DNA from: Paraspadella gotoi
Lineage: Eukaryota; Animalia; Chaetognatha
Reading direction: 5' to 3'
Length of the DNA: 64,000 nt
NCBI GenBank assembly: GCA_051294375.1
Contig: CM119270.1
Coordinates: 4,472,152-4,536,151, forward strand
A program made the position numbers and the translations under genes. The notes under the pieces are model-generated. The model was given only the letters and a program-made list of their open reading frames with translations. It had not been told where the DNA came from and did not search any database. Shown here one piece after another: positions 25,101 through 38,022 of the stretch; the stretch's first letter is position 1, and every line of letters begins with the position of its first letter.

Positions 25101-25260
25101 TTCTGTATCGACTGGTTTCAATCTTCCTTCTATCTCCCCTTGCTAATTCGTACTGTTTCCTGGCGATCTAGTGGCTACCCTCCTCGCCAGCAACCTTTTC
25201 TTGTCCGATTCTTCCATTCACCCAGTGATAACAAGCGGCTCTCCCCTTCCCTCTCCCTCC
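22157..25260. repeat. Inverted repeat, arms ~22157-23406 and ~23986-25260
   Basis: Mirror ORFs with identical translations (22977+ and 24415-; 23018- and 24374+). The centre contains two 25-N gaps. A further related copy lies at ~20800-21660. Confidence 0.9.
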
Positions 25261-25299
25261 CGCGTCCTCTTACTTATGTCTCGTTCTCACGTAGCGCTT

Positions 25300-28200
25300 A
25301 TGTTCGATATTAATCTAATAACGATCCGGTAGACTTCTTGTATCTAGGTTATCGACCTAGCTTTTTTTATATTAAATAACGAGTACACGTTCGCGGTTTA
25401 ACGACCGGTCGGACTCGAAACGGCATAAATATTTATTCCCGACGCGAACCCGCTACGTAGAGATCATGTGTGAGAAGGATCGACGAGAGGACGGCGCGAA
25501 GAAGTAGATAGGTGAGCCCGGGAGACGAGTACGCGAGAGACGCGGAGAGAGATCGATACTGAGACGATGAGATCGAGCAGGAGAGAGAGACAGGAGGCAG
25601 AGAGAGATGACTCAGAGAGAGACGGAGAATGACCCGAACGCTACGACGCAGAGATCGGAGAGAGGTTCCAATCTTAGAGATCCCCTTTATGTCTCCTTTT
25701 TACGCCGTCAAAGGCCTTCGCTCACGTTCTGTCAGTACTGAATGATGATGGTGTGTCGTGATAATCGAATGATATCGGAGTGACGAAATCGATGATTGTA
25801 TGAGGGCGATGACTTCCGCATCGTAATCTTCATGCATTAAGCATCTCTGATGATGATAACTCATGCATGATAATGAAGATGATCACATGAATCATGTATA
25901 ATCGCATGCTATGATCCGTTATCCTCGAGTTAAGGAGGCAACACTTATAATTCTTCGAAGTTAAAAAAGCACTTAATAACGAAAAATGTCTTAACCACAG
26001 AGTCACCTCAGCCTCTTATCCGCATAAGGAGTTTGGCGCGACTTGACGCGACGTTTTTTCACGCATTGTAATTTAGTTATGGCCGCACTCTGCGACAACC
26101 CAATGAAACGGTCTCGCGTGCACGCACCTCGATGTCAAGACGAAGAGTTTCGAAAATCTCAGTCTGTCGCGTTAAACCGACACATCAAAAAGCCGATGGG
26201 AGAAATGAGGATAATGCGCCATTTCCGTTTCGTATGTCGTGTGTCGTTTGTGTCAGCCATTCCCAGACCTATCTACGCATTCAAAATTCTATGAATCGTC
26301 GTCCGTGATAAGTTGATATACGATTCCTAAGATTAGGATTAATCTAGACTCCTCACGCTCGCCGTTGATCCATTGTGAGATGTCTAGATCTTAGTATCTA
26401 AGATCTTCTAGAAGTCGCTCGTCGTCGCTGAGTCTTCTGTCGTACGATTTCTAGAATTTAGATTGAATTTTAGAATCGTCGTCCGGTTGCTCGTTGTGTC
26501 ACGATTCTAGATTCTAGATCTCAAATCTGAGTACATCGATCGGGACAACCACCAAACATACGCTTAACGAGAAATCTGGCTTATCTCAAGTTTTCTTCAA
26601 TATAAATATATAACTATTGGGCAGCGAAGAATTATCATCAACATGAAAACAAATTCGAAATTAGTGATTATACTTAACATTATTGTTGTTTGCTCATACT
26701 TATTTCGTAATAGCTATGAACGACGCTTACTTTCTGGTTTTAAGCTTCGCGGTGCGCTTGACTAGACTGACAAACGAATATTTTTGAATTATCTAGGGAG
26801 GAGCGCACGTGGCGAGTATGTTCCGATCAGCAGACAGCGAGACGACGCTGTCCCGACGCAGCAGACGTACGGAAAAATATAGCGCACTTCGAATGGCAGG
26901 AGATGCGGAGGGGCAAGCTGGAACTTATACTGGGGTTCGGGGGCGCCAACGCCGAAATTGGGGGCCTCAGTGGGCCGACGGAATTCGTCCACTCGTCGTC
27001 CACTGATCGGACACACGACCGGCCACTACCACTTGTCATTTTGTCCTACGAATTCCTATACTTAGCGTTAGAGAATCTTCCATTAACGCTATATATTTTG
27101 CAGTGGAGGCCGGAGTGCGGCCGGGTTGACAATATTATTGAAAGACAACTCGCGAAGTACGAGTTTCGTTAAGATTGGGTGTCCAACTGCTCACTTTGCT
27201 TCCTGGCGGCACTTAAAGTGGTTAGTAATTAATTGAGTATTTAATGAGATCACACCTGTGACATATACGATCTGATAATATTCATGTCAATGACCTCCTG
27301 CTTAACGTTCTTTGAACTGTCAGCCTCACAATGCAATACAATTACCTTCGTACGTTTAACATCTGGCAATTGTGACTCTTTGATAGACAGCTATTAAAAA
27401 CTTAGGTTTTCGAAAAATAGCCCTATTCTTACTTATACTCCCTTCGCGCTCTCCGCTGCCCAATGCTGGACTCTCTCCTTCTCTTCTCTCTCCTCTCCTC
27501 TTTCTGCCCTCTCTCCTCTCTTCCTCCTCTCTCGTCCTCTCCTGCCCCACAACCGCCGAAAGATTAATCGTCGAATTCTTTCGTCCACAACACCGCCGCG
27601 TTCGCCAATCGCGACAGCGGTACTCAAATCCACGCATGCCTCCGCTTTTCTTACCACTACAACTCCTTTCTCTCTACTCCTGCTTCTCTCTCTCTCTCTC
27701 TTGCTCTCTCTCTCATCTTCTCTCTTCTCTCTTTCTCTCACTCCCTGCTCTCTCCTCCTCTCTCTCCTACTCTCCTCCTACGCACTTTTGGACCGGCGCT
27801 CGGCCAGCTGTTCTACTCGACTCCTTGTAGACCCCGGATGTCCGAAGGGCATCGCCTGAGGTAGACTTGGCCTTAAGTTTGGTCCGGGCTTAAACCAAGG
27901 ATTGGGCTTCCGGTCGTTGTCGGTCACGGGAAACTCGATGCGCCATCGCCACTTACAACCCCCAGCGTGGCCGTGCGATCCCAAAAGAAGAATACTTTTT
28001 TTTTCTACGCTTTCTCATCAAAAGTCGCTTGTACGTACAAGTAAAAGGCAGCGACGCGTCCGTCCGTCAGCAATCGTGCGCCATTAAATGGATTGATCTG
28101 CCCGCAACGTGTCCATATCCGCAGCGGCGTGTGACGACTTTGTTCCACCCTTACTGCACGATTAACTGTCGGATTTCCGATCGTCTGGTCGTCAGTCGTT

Positions 28201-29444
28201 TCAGTCGTCCGTCGTCGTACGTCATCGTCGTCCCAGTCGTCGGTCGTTCGATCTTTCGTCACAGCGCTTCGGACATTCGGATTCGTGCCGTCTGCTCGGG
28301 CCTTCCTCCTATTAGTTCGCGATTGACCGCTCAGTTCTCTCCTCAATTAATTCCCGTCTATTCCCAATCGTGGGCGTAGTTCGATCTATACCCTCTCTTA
28401 CTCATAAATTACCAGCAATCGCAATCGTCTTACCAAACCATGTTATAAATTCTTTTTAATGTACTGACGCCGTAACTTCTTAATTTACTTTACTCTTTGC
28501 GCCGATATCTATTATTCGACCTCTTACCGTCTCATCGGATCGGTTGGTTCCTTCGAACCCATCATCCCCTCTAATCGTCGGTTCGTCCAGTCGTGCTCAC
28601 ATCCACTCTTTCGATCGTCCCGCCTCCCGTCAGCGTTGCGCTGTCGTCGGGTCGTTCACCTGTCGCTCCCATACCCTCTAGGGCTGGGCTCCATTTCGCG
28701 CCCGCTGTGCACCCTTATACCTAGCCAGTTCACGGAAGAACCCCATCGCCCTCGATTTCCCCCGATGTTTATGCTGTGCGGAGCAGACGTGCCTTGTTGT
28801 TTTCGCTTGAAGTTTGTTGTCTGCTAAGGTGTTTGTGGTTGCGCTGGTTGTTTTGTTTGTCTCGTGGTTGTTGGTCTTCTGGAACCTTAAACAAAACAAT
28901 TGTTAATCTTGTGTGTGTTTATCACTCGGTACTAGGCGAAATATCGAAAGAAATTTACCTATGGTTGATTCATTTGACCTATTTCCCTGGACATGATTAA
29001 TCACCATGTCGAAACTCTAACATACTTATTTAATATTAAACCACAATGCCGATCGATCACATTTCATAAACGCTATACGACCTATCGTCATTCAGTATTT
29101 CGAATAAACTATTTCTAAAATTATATGTGTTTGACGTCAGATTAAACTCTGCTCTGTTTTATTATGCGAATTATATGAGAATGACCTGCCGTTCCTAGCG
29201 ACTTCGAAACCGGAAGTAGAGAGATGAGAGGACGACGATGAAGCCAGGAGAAGCGAGAGAGAAGAGAGAGAAGAGAGAGAGAGAGAGTGACAGAGGAGCG
29301 GAGAGAGAGAGAGCGCAGAGAGCGAGCGCCATCACGGGCGCGTCTGCAGTCCGTGGACACGTGTTAGACACTCCGCGCTCGCCGCTCCTTCGGTGCCATT
29401 GCCTTTCTTTTCGCATAAAAAGCGCGCAGGCCGCACTGGGGCCG
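25300..29444 (-). repeat. Copy 3 of the unit, inverted
   Basis: Reverse complement of 16176-19979. It ends at ggccgcactggggccg (29444), the mirror of 16176. Segment ~28200-28870 appears identical to ~16730-17400, while 25300-28150 is very noisy. Confidence 0.85.
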
Positions 29445-29760
29445 CTCCAATGAAAGGTTAAGATGCGTCAAGGAAGTTGATCTCCTTCGTTCGACCCTTG
29501 ACACACACGCGCGCACACACACACAAACACACACATACACTCAAACAGACACATCCCCCCTCAAACTGACTCCAACTGTTTTAGACTTTTCTGTTTTTTT
29601 ACATTGCTTCGGGTTGTTTAACTTTGTTCAAAGTTAACATCTTGTTTTAAAGGTTAAAACAACTAGTCGGACAATAGTTGCGCTNNNNNNNNNNNNNNNN
29701 NNNNNNNNNGCGTATTTTAGTGCATCAATCTCTTTCTCTCTTTTTTGTCTTTCTCTCTCT

Positions 29761-29847
<87 letters not shown>

Positions 29848-31909
29848 TTTCGTTAGGTTGTTCTTTCCGCTTCTGAGTTTCATCAAATAAAAGTTGTAGT
29901 TGGTAGTACCCAACAAGAACATCAACGACTAAGTATGCATAATTTATTATGTATGTATTGTATACTTGTTACAATGTACATAACGTACAAAACCCAAGGG
30001 AACGTTTCTCGCGAACCCGGCCACCAGGCAGTCGATACGATTTTTGCGCGGTTCAAATTAATTCTGAGGCAGAAAAGGAAGCGAAAGTCATTTCGGTTTC
30101 TTCGACGCGCGATTGGAGAGCGAAGCGTCCAGTCTGTCTGCCTAAACTTCATTTAACGTGATGTTTATCGACAGACGGACAGACAAAGAAGACAGACAGA
30201 CAGACAGACAGACAGACAACAATGTGCGATATTCCACAAGGGACATCACTCTCTATTCGTATCTTCCACGCTAATATCGCCGTCGTCGTAGTCGTCGTCG
30301 TCATCGTCATCGTCTCTGTCTTCCGTCGTCGTCAGCGGTCTGCTGCTCTTAGTCGTGGACATCGCCGCTGACGTCGTCGCGCTGTGTCATCGTCGTCGTC
30401 ATCGCCCGTCGTCGTCGTCATCGTCTCGTCGTGTGAGAACCGAACAATAAGTCGAATTTTCCGAAACCCGATAATTTTAATTATGGCGAATTGAATTTCC
30501 GAGAAAAAGAAAAACAAAAAAAAAAAAGATTGAAACTATTTTTGTAGCTCTCATGTGTGTTGTTTTTTGTTGATTGTTGTTGTTGTTGGTTAGCTGTCAG
30601 TGGTCGTTGTTAGTTGTTCGCCTTTGTTTGTGGTTTTCCTTTTTTTCGGGGACAAAGTAGGTTTATTTAATCCGGAGGAGTTAGAAAACGAGGGAGAGAG
30701 GGGACCGTTTGCGGGCGGCGGCTGTGGTAGGAGGCGGTGGCTGTGGTAGCAGTGGTGGCGTGGTGGCGTTGGCAGTGGCTGGGTATGAGGTGGGATGGCG
30801 GTGGCGCGGCGGGCATTGGCCGAGTGGCGGCCAGTGCGGGTTGAAAACTCTGAACGGCGGACAGATTTTTTCAGCGGAAGGGAAGTAACAGTAACGAACT
30901 GGAATTGAGAACTCGACACTCGTATCAACAGCACTAGGAATGAACTATGGTAATATCATTATCTCTCGAAAATTTTATTTTTTTTTTTGTCACATCACAA
31001 TTTAACGACTGAGCGCAAACTAGTGTCCGACTAGTACAGTTTTTCTTTAAAAAAAAGATGCTTGGTTAACTTTGGAACCAACGAAGTTGAAACAACCCGC
31101 ACGCAATGTAAAAAAAACCAGCATGACAAAGTCCCTACCAAACAGTTGCGTAAGTCAGTTTGAGTGGGGATGTGGTGCTGTATTGAGGTGTCCATGTGTT
31201 GTGTTTGTCGGTGTAGTCGGTGCGCGCGTGCCTCGCTGTCAAGGGTCTGTCGAAACGAAGGAGATCAAACTTCCTTTGAACGCCATACCTTAACCTGTCA
31301 TTGGGAGCAGTGAGGAAGGAACAGATCGGAGAAAGCGGACGAGAGAGAGAGAACGGGAGAGAGACCGAGCAGACGCGAGAGAGAGAAAGATGTACTCCAT
31401 ACCGGAGAGAAAGAGAGAGACATAGCAGAGAGACAACTGACGAGAGATGCATGAGCAAGAGAGGAAGAGAGAGACGATCGAGAACCCGACGATCGACAAG
31501 ACGAAGAGAGAGAGAGAGAGAGAGAACCACCATGGAACGAGCGAAAACGACACAGAAAAATTAGGGCGTAAGCAAAAGAAAAAATGGGTCGAGTTTCAGT
31601 CTCCTGACACTGACTTAATAAATCTAAGGAACCAGAAAAAAAAAAAAGGAAAAAAGGGAACAACTCTCTCTCTTTTAAACGCCTCGGAAAATCAGAGTGA
31701 CAATCATCTTCGAGATAGATCGTAATGTGCGAACTTGAGCGCGTGCGTAGGTGCGTGGTTGCGTGGGTGCGTTTATAGGTTCGTGCGTGCGTGAAAAGTC
31801 ACGTGCGTGCGTGCAATGGATGCGTGCTCGCGTGGGTGAGGAAATCGTTTCCGATTGGAGGAATGATAAAAAATCATTAGAATCGCAGTCGGTGACGTCA
31901 TCGAATTTC

Positions 31910-32545
31910 GATGAGAAAGAAAAGGGAGGAAGGAAAGAAAGAAGGAATGGAAAGATGAAAGGGAGAATGGAGGAAAGGAGGAAAGGACAGAGGAAGGGAA
32001 GGAAAGGTGAAAGGGATAAAGGAGGAAGAAAAGACAGGAGAAGGATTGGAAAGGGATAAAGGAGAAAGGGAGGAAAGGAGAAGGGAAGGTGAGAGGTAGG
32101 AAAGGACAGGAGAAGGAAAAGAAAGATGAGGAAGGGAGGAAAGGAGGAAGAAAAGACAGAAGGATTGAAAAGGGATAAAGGAGGAAGGGAGGAAAGGAGA
32201 AGGGAAGGTGAGAGGTAGGAAAGGACGGGAAAAGGAAAAAAAATGTGATGAAGGAAGTAAAAAAAATGATAAGGGGAAAAGATTTTCAAAAAAGAAAGGA
32301 AGGAAGGGATTAAGTACTAGAGCAGAGGAGAGAAGGAAAATAAACAGGAAAAAAATGAAGGAAAAAGGGAGGAGGTGGAAGGAAGGAGGAGGAGGAGGGA
32401 GAGAGGAAGAAGAGGGTGGAGGAGGAGAAGGAACAGGTCGTTGATAATAGGGGGAGCGAGAACGAAAAGGGAGAAAGGGCGGAGGAAAACAGATTTGAAA
32501 AGATGGAGACAGAGAGGAAAAAATTGGAAGAGGAAGAAAAAGGAA
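31910..32545 (+). repeat. Polypurine low-complexity tract with internal ~120-bp duplication
   Basis: Almost pure A/G. aaggattgRaaagggataaagga...ggaaaggagaagggaaggtgagaggtaggaaaggac occurs at ~32041 and ~32160. Confidence 0.8.
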
Positions 32546-33279
32546 CATCGAAGAATTTTAATCGAAAATTCGATCGTTTTTTTTTGTTTTCCGAACGAAC
32601 GAACGAACAAACGAACAGGAAAGAAACGATTTGGATGAACACCGGAACAAAATCGACGAACCGGGATGATAATTGATTAAATTTATAAACCAATTTTTAT
32701 CTGGAGAACTTGGGATAATTTCGAAAATATTAGTATAAGTATAAATATAGCTTAATACGAGTCTATATTATGGTCATATTTGTGGATAACGTTTTATAAC
32801 ATAATGATATATATATATATCGCCGATTAAATGATTTTTTATTAAGATAAATTCAAAGAGAAGAAAACTTTAAATAGGTTAGCTACGAAAGATTTTATAT
32901 TTTCAAATTGGGATGAGGCTCTGTAATTGTTATCTACTAATTACTGAGGGCCAAAGTAATTCAAAGTAATTCAATTTATCTTTCTTCGCTTATCTAATTT
33001 AATATAGTTTTGACTCATTGAAATCTAAATGAAACGTGTGCATTAAAAACGCTTATTAAATCTTTTAAAACAATATATAATTCTTTCATGTATTCTGTCA
33101 ACGTAAAATCTCGATGGTACATTTTCAAAAAGAATATTTATCATCTTTTATCATGACATTTACTCAGAATGTAACCCTCTCGACTGATTTACCGCCTTTT
33201 ATTGTTTTATTTGACATTTTTATATTACAATGATTTTTTAAAAAATTTATGTATAAACAATCAATTTTCATTTTGTTAA

Positions 33280-33864
33280 CTGGAGTCCTTGGACGAGCTG
33301 TTGGAAGCATTTCTTGCAAGTCTACGGAGAGACAAGGACGATGACCTGGAAAGTCTCGCAATTTCAAGACCGTAAGGCTTCTGGCAGGATTGCCAGTGAG
33401 GAAAGAATAAGAGGAAGGAAGGAAGCAATTGTTGGCCTAGTCATTCAAACAGGTGATGGGCGGCTTTTTCATGGAGGATAGAGCTCGTGGATACAAAGCC
33501 AAAGCCCCCTAAAAATGTTATGAGGAAAATGGGATCGAGGTGCTCAAAGGTTGGCTCAGAAACTCGCCTGACTGCAACATCATCGAAAATGTCTGGTCAA
33601 GAATAAAACGAGACCTTTTGCAGTACAACGCCATGACAGTCGACAAAATCAAGACAATTTTAAAACACATTTAAGGGAGCTGAACCCTTCATATTTGCCC
33701 AGCCTTTACGACTCTCTCCCTTGTCTCATGGAAACGGTGCTGAAAGCAAATAGTGGTCCGACAATGTATTAACTCACTGAGTCCAAAAACATATTATTTT
33801 CCTTCAAATAACAAAATAAAATGCTTTTATCATAATTATTAAACTTTTTTTGACCACATCTGTA
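33280..33864 (+). pseudogene. Degenerate Tc1-family transposase (internally deleted element)
   Basis: 33465-33772 reads FFMEDRARGYKAK..*..NGIEVLKGWLRNSPDCNIIENVWSRIKR, then after a frameshift LYDSLPCLMETVLKANSGPTMY*. This matches Tc1 FQQDNA / WPxxSPDLNPIEN.W / GG.TKY. The probable right end is ttttgaccacatctg-TA at 33862-33864. Confidence 0.88.
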
Positions 33865-33966
33865 TTTAAGTGGCTCTTGCAATTTGACACAATTTTCAAT
33901 CCTCTCTGTAAACAAAACGTCGAATTGTGAACAGACAGGACTCGATTATATAGACGTAAAAAAATA

Positions 33967-34296
33967 TTTTTTAGTTGCGCGGCGAGTACTCGCAGAGCAA
34001 CTCTATAAGTCACTTTTCGGTCAGTCTGTCGGTCGGTATATCTATGCATATAGTTTGCTTATAGGTAGTTGCTCATTTTTTAAAACAAAAAATCCTCAAA
34101 TCTAAGGGACTGTTAGCGCCGCCTTTAGGAGTTCCTAAAACTATAAAGAATAAAAGATGGAATTTTTATGCAGTATATGTCATAAATACACGGAAAAAAT
34201 AAGTTTTTTAATCATTTCATATCAAATGATCAAATGGAAATACACGTTAAAAAAAGTCACTGCGGCGCAACACATTGGAATTACGGTTCTTGTTTT
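33967..34296 (+). mobile_element. Non-autonomous Helentron/DINE-1-like (HINE-type) element
   Basis: T-run, 5' inverted repeat agttgc...gcaact around the palindrome gcgagtactcgc, a GTCG/GTCT microsatellite, and a 3' gcggcgcaac...cttgtttt end. Second copy at 62064-62330; 5' fragments at ~38601 and ~46806 (minus). Confidence 0.6.
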
Positions 34297-34611
34297 TCAG
34301 TCACGCTTAATCAAATTATAAAAAGTGTTTTTTCTTCTTTACGTTTTCAAAGAAGAAGCCACTGGTTCCCAATTAGCATTTTTTTTTCGTAGGAGTTTGA
34401 GGCAAGCACACGACCTCCTCTTTGCCATTTATTCTTTAAAAAAATATTTTAAAAGAATATATTTTATTCGGAAGCTTTTCAGTTTTGCTGCGAATCATTC
34501 TCAAATATCGATATCATTGAAAATAAATAATTCATAACTTTATCTAAACCTGATTATTTCTGTTCAAAACTCCACAGGACCTTCCTTTCTAAAGAAAACA
34601 AATTTTCGAAA

Positions 34612-34696
34612 ATGTCTGGAAAATTGTTCTTCCTCTCTCTGTTGGCGCTGGTTTTTACGCTAAATGCCGCTACTTCTGAGAGCGAAGAAGAAGCAG
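34612..34696 (+). CDS. Secreted prepropeptide, exon 1 (signal peptide)
   Basis: aaaATG; MSGKLFFLSLLALVFTLNAATSESEEEA has a basic residue, hydrophobic core and small-residue cleavage region. CAG/GTACGT donor at 34697, phase 1. Missing from the ORF track. Confidence 0.85.
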
Positions 34697-35157
34697 GTAC
34701 GTAAGTTAATTGACTAGATAATGATAGATATGTATTAAATATTAAAACAGTCAATTTAAATTTGATTTCATTTTCCGTTTGATCCCTAAACTTTAATCCT
34801 AATCTTTAATCCTAATCTGTCAACAAACCCATCACCCGATCCCTCTCCTACTGCTTAACCCCAACCGTAACTCCTAAACTCCTAACATATGATAACTCTC
34901 TTTACCTAATCCCTAACTTAATCCTTGTCGTCCTAACCTCTAATCTTTAAACCTCAAAACTTAAAAACTTAGCTTTAAATTCCGATTTGATATAAACTAA
35001 TCAAGTGCCAGAGCGTTTTGGGAAAATAAGTGTTAACAAAAAGTCATACCCCGATCCGAACTTCTTTCTCGCGAAGTTAAATACTGCGCTACTACAATTT
35101 GATACGCCACGATACTCCCGATGCCCCCCTCCGCGCTTTCTATTTTTTTTTTTTCAG

Positions 35158-35456
35158 ACAAAGCCGCGGAATTGCTCTCCGCCATTTTGAGTGAGACTGA
35201 TTCCGAGGAATCGTCCGAGGTTCGTCGCGGCCTCTCGAACATCGTTTCTGATGAAAAGTTGTTCGCCTACTTGTTGAATCACTTTCATTGGGGGAGCAGC
35301 GAGGAAGAGGAAGAGGAGGTGGATGAGCCCAAGAGGGGCCTCATGTCCAAGATCAAGGACAAATTGAGATCCTGCAGCGACAAGACCTTCAAGAAATGCG
35401 CCGACAGGTGTCCCGGTGCGACCAAGAAGCCCTCCTTTTTCAGGAGGGTCGGATAG
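35158..35456 (+). CDS. Secreted prepropeptide, exon 2 (acidic pro-region, KR site, cationic mature peptide)
   Basis: Acceptor ttttttttttcag, phase 1. DKAAELLSAIL...SSEEEEEEVDEPKR/GLMSKIKDKLRSCSDKTFKKCADRCPGATKKPSFFRRVG-stop. The spliced product is 127 aa. Confidence 0.85.
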
Positions 35457-37869
35457 ACCCGAGAAAAGAAATTTTTTTTGACGAATCGATCATTTTGAGC
35501 ACGAAAATTTGGTTTGCCATGGAAAAACTAAAATTAGGTGAAAGATATGAAAAGTTAAATATATCTTGTATAGATAAGAAAAAATGTTATTTCGTATAAT
35601 GTTTGTTACGAATTTACGATTAGTTTTTTACTGTGTTTATTTTTGTTGGATTTTCTATCGCAAAATTAATTTAATATCGAAAATAATTGTAAATAAACGA
35701 AAAAATGACGTATATATTACTAATTCTGATTAGTTTATTTTCTAAAGATTTTTTTTACATTTATTGTAAATTGTATATTACTGTAACGATGCTTTAATTT
35801 TATATTTGCGCGAAAAATTGCTTAAAGATCACGAATCTTGGGAACAAATTTTTAATCGTTTAATCTTTTAAAAAAAATTGTTACTTTTAGCGAAATTGTA
35901 ATTTAGAATTAGATGGAATTTTTGTTTTGTTTTTAAATTAATAGTTTTATTATTAATTATAATAATCGAATTTTAATTTATTAGTTCAAAGTTTTGTTTG
36001 TTGGCTAGTGAACTTTTAGAAATTAGTAATAAATAAAACTTGCCAAATGTATAATGTTTTATTGGCTACTCGTATTTATCGTTAAAGAAGAAGATAGAAA
36101 TAATTTTTTTTCTCATTTTTCCAGAGAAAGAAAGAGAGAGAGAGAGAGAGAGAGAGTGGAGAGACAGAGAGAGAGAGAGTAGAGAGAGTAGAAATAGAGA
36201 GAGAGTAGAGAGAGAGAGAGAAACATAGACAGAGAAAAAAGTGGAAACAATGAGTTTCATTTTCGCCAACAATGAATGAGGAGTTGCCACGTGGGCGAAG
36301 TAGGCCTGACATCGATCCTCAATCCTTTTCACTCCTCAATCCTTTTCACTCCTCAATCCTTTTCACTCCTCAATCCTTTTCACTCCTCAATCCTTTTAAC
36401 TGTCATTTTAAATATTGTTATATTATTTAGGGCTTTTTTTTTTAATAAACTGGGGATTCCAGAGTACCTCATTTAATATTTTCCCCTTTTGATTCATGAG
36501 TCTTCTTTTCATTCTATTTTTATATTTTTTTATCTAAATATATTTTTACATTTATATCCTGAGGTATTTGACTTAGTATCAGCCACACATTTTATATTTT
36601 TTAACATATTTTCTATTATATATCATCTAGACAGGTCAATTGACAGCGATGATGTCGACGCAAACATTTGGCACCATCTCCACGTTTTCTCCCCTCCGCG
36701 AAATCAAAGGAATTAAAGCCAAAGGCTTCTTTTCTCATTAGCTCCACATTTATAATTACCTCTCTCCCCAACACTGAACAACACCACNNNNNNNNNNTTG
36801 CAACACTTTGCAACACCATTCCCCGACCTCAACGCACCCTCGATCCATTTCTAACTTTTTCTATTCACTCTCATCTCTTTTCACTCTTCAACCCTATCCC
36901 CAACCTTTCCCCAACCCTATCCCCAATTTTCCCAACCCTTTCCCCCCCATTTTTCCGACGCCTTCCACTTTTTTTTCCGATATTTTCTCTCTGACGTCAG
37001 CGATGACGTCGTTCAAGTTTTCAACGCCCTCTCATTACCGCGTTTCCCAGGCCGTCTGAATCGCCATTTCTCGCGCCATCTCGCACGTCATTTCGTGCGC
37101 CATTTTGTGCGTTATTTCGCGCGCCATCTCTCGCGCCATCTCGCACATCATTTCGTGCGTCATCTCGAGCGCCATCTTACATGCCACCTCGAGCATCATC
37201 TCTCGCGATATTTCGAGCACTACTCGCGCGTCATCTTACACGCCATCTCGTGTACCATTTCTTACGCCAACTCAGGCGCCATCACAAAGCGCCAACTCCC
37301 GCGCCATTTTGTTTCCCATTCTGCGAGCTATCTCACTTTTCATCTCGCAAGCTATCTCGTACGCCATCACGCGCGCGATCTCTCGCGCCATCACACTTCA
37401 TCTCGCGTGAAATTTATTTCGCGGAATTTGAAAAACATTTCCAGAATCATTTGCTGATGGCGATTTTCTTTCGATGTGAGAAAGTTTCGGTCACCATCGT
37501 ATGGGGTACAGCACCTTTTTCCCTTGCAACTTCTTGTACCTTAGCACAATATGTTTAAATAGTATAATTACCTTGGCCTTGGCTTGGGCGCTATTTCTCG
37601 TTCTAGGTCTAGTCTCCAAATTTGTTTATATATGGATATATATGATTTATCAACTTCGAAACATATCATATATTTAATTTTTGTTCTCTCTCTTGTTTTC
37701 CAAAAATTCACTTTCACTATGTCATGAAGGGGAATCTCTAATCACAATATCCATAATGATAATGACCATGTCGGTGAACAATTACCAAACCTTTTAACTT
37801 CTTCTCGAGAGAAATCTCTTTCCTTTTTCACCGCTTTTTTCCGGTCGTTGACTCCTGGATTTTGGGGCG

Positions 37870-37959
<90 letters not shown>

Positions 37960-37984
37960 CTCTCTCTCTCTCCTCTCTCTCTCT

Positions 37985-38022
<38 letters not shown>

